A DNA stretch of 64,000 nt from Lama glama (Eukaryota), in contig CM052816.1 in the NCBI GenBank assembly GCA_028534125.1, positions 97,342,001-97,406,000 on the forward strand, read 5' to 3'. Shown piece after piece: positions 62,577 to 64,000 of this stretch. Each line of letters starts with the position of its first letter. The stretch's first letter is position 1. Below the pieces are notes generated by a model, which was given only the letters and a program-made list of their open reading frames with translations, searched no databases and was not told the DNA's origin. The translations under genes were made by a program, and so were the position numbers.

Positions 62577-63076
62577 NNNNNNNNNNNNNNNNNNNNNNNN
62601 NNNNNNNNNNNNNNNNNNNNNNNNNNNNNNNNNNNNNNNNNNNNNNNNNNNNNNNNNNNNNNNNNNNNNNNNNNNNNNNNNNNNNNNNNNNNNNNNNNNN
62701 NNNNNNNNNNNNNNNNNNNNNNNNNNNNNNNNNNNNNNNNNNNNNNNNNNNNNNNNNNNNNNNNNNNNNNNNNNNNNNNNNNNNNNNNNNNNNNNNNNNN
62801 NNNNNNNNNNNNNNNNNNNNNNNNNNNNNNNNNNNNNNNNNNNNNNNNNNNNNNNNNNNNNNNNNNNNNNNNNNNNNNNNNNNNNNNNNNNNNNNNNNNN
62901 NNNNNNNNNNNNNNNNNNNNNNNNNNNNNNNNNNNNNNNNNNNNNNNNNNNNNNNNNNNNNNNNNNNNNNNNNNNNNNNNNNNNNNNNNNNNNNNNNNNN
63001 NNNNNNNNNNNNNNNNNNNNNNNNNNNNNNNNNNNNNNNNNNNNNNNNNNNNNNNNNNNNNNNNNNNNNNNNNNNN
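62577..63076. other. Assembly gap (500 N)
   Basis: Run of exactly 500 N; the true size is unknown. Confidence 1.
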
Positions 63077-63379
63077 CACAGGGCAGGGACAGGGGGTTTC
63101 AAGCCGCATTTCTTCGTGCTGAATTAAAACACCAGCAACGAGAGGTCTGCATACACAGTCAAGGCCGGGAGGGCCAGCCCACTAAAGTTTTTTCTTTCTG
63201 TTTTCCTAATTTCCTCAGGGAACCCTTCCAAATACACTGATGACCCATCTCCAAACCTGCCAGTACTTTCCGAAATCACTCCTTTTGGCCTGATCAAAAC
63301 CGGCACCACCGCTCAAGTCGGGCCCTGGCAACTCCACGACCCTACTCATGGAGGCCTGAAGAATGGGGTCTCTACAAGG

Positions 63380-64000
63380 CATCACGGAGGGGCAGCACGT
63401 GGCAACGCCGAGTTTCTCAGACTCGGCGCTCCAGACACTCAGGCCTGGAGAACCCTTGGTGGTGCCGTGGGCCTGGGCGTTGCAGGGGGCACGTAGGATG
63501 CGGGGTGGCCTCTATGGTATCCGCCCACTGGGTGACCCCAGCCAGGCTGTGGCATTAAAGACGTTTCCAGACAGGGTCACAAGGCCCTGGGGGTGAACTG
63601 ACTCCCAGCTGAGGACCACCAGCCTCATGGATAAGACTGGCCTCTGGCATCAGAACCCCTGGGCTCAAATCTCCTCTTCCAGTCTCCAGCAGCTTGGCCG
63701 TGAGCAAGGTACCTCTCCATCCTGTGTGGAGGTCTGGGCACGAGGGAGCCTGGGTCCAGCGCGCCCACCCCAGGGAGCCATGCAAGGGCTGCGGAAGGCT
63801 GTGAGTGGAAGACTCGGAACAGGGCAGCAGAGTCGGGACGAGGCCCGAGCTGGCGGCTCAGACTCCATTGGGCGCTGGAGGTGTTGATGGCTGGACCCGC
63901 ACTCGACCCGCCTGCGCGGTGATGAACTCACCTTACCCAAAGCGAGGTCTGGCCTTTGCCCGGGGCTCTGGGTGGGGGATCTCGGGGCTCCGGGAAAGCC
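63380..64000. promoter_or_regulatory. CpG-island shore, probable promoter/first-exon region of the minus-strand gene
   Basis: GC and CpG density rise toward the window end; no repeat recognised. Confidence 0.55.
63932..64000 (-). other. Candidate 3' end of a first/alternative first exon
   Basis: Minus strand reads ...ctttgggtaag|gtgagt. This is a consensus donor AAG|GTGAGT (GT at 63931-63930), with an overlapping donor GG|gtaagg 5 nt upstream. Confidence 0.45.

Noticed and set aside
62349..63240. Long ORFs of 193-257 aa
   Set aside because: Artefacts of translating through the 500-N gap; the real part is L1 ORF2.
1..64000. Assigning a gene symbol to the host gene
   Set aside because: No recognisable coding exon; exon sizes and spacing alone are not diagnostic.

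Overview
Mammalian genomic DNA, very probably camelid: it carries three tRNA-Ala-derived SINEs matching my recollection of the camelid Vic-1 family. No intact protein-coding exon was recognised. The window looks like the 5' intronic part of a large minus-strand gene that I cannot name. There is a CpG-rich shore with a consensus splice donor at the right edge (~63932) and candidate minus-strand exons at 44214-44321, 19045-20203 (apparently decayed coding), 17523-17663 and 1544-1863. The rest is mostly repeats (L1 of several ages, L2, MIR, MaLR/ERVL LTRs, MER5/MER82 DNA transposons, microsatellites) plus a 500-N gap. Most listed ORFs are L1 ORF2 remnants or chance ORFs. Notable observations: (1) a possible decayed N-terminal coding module; (2) two twin-primed, 5'-inverted L1 insertions; (3) a close inverted SINE pair; (4) strong local AT-to-GC drift in old repeats with a ~105-bp local duplication; (5) a GC-rich insert with an H3-tail-like translation. 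I found no convincing new biological system. Repeat subfamily names come from remembered consensus motifs, not a search, and most repeat boundaries are approximate.
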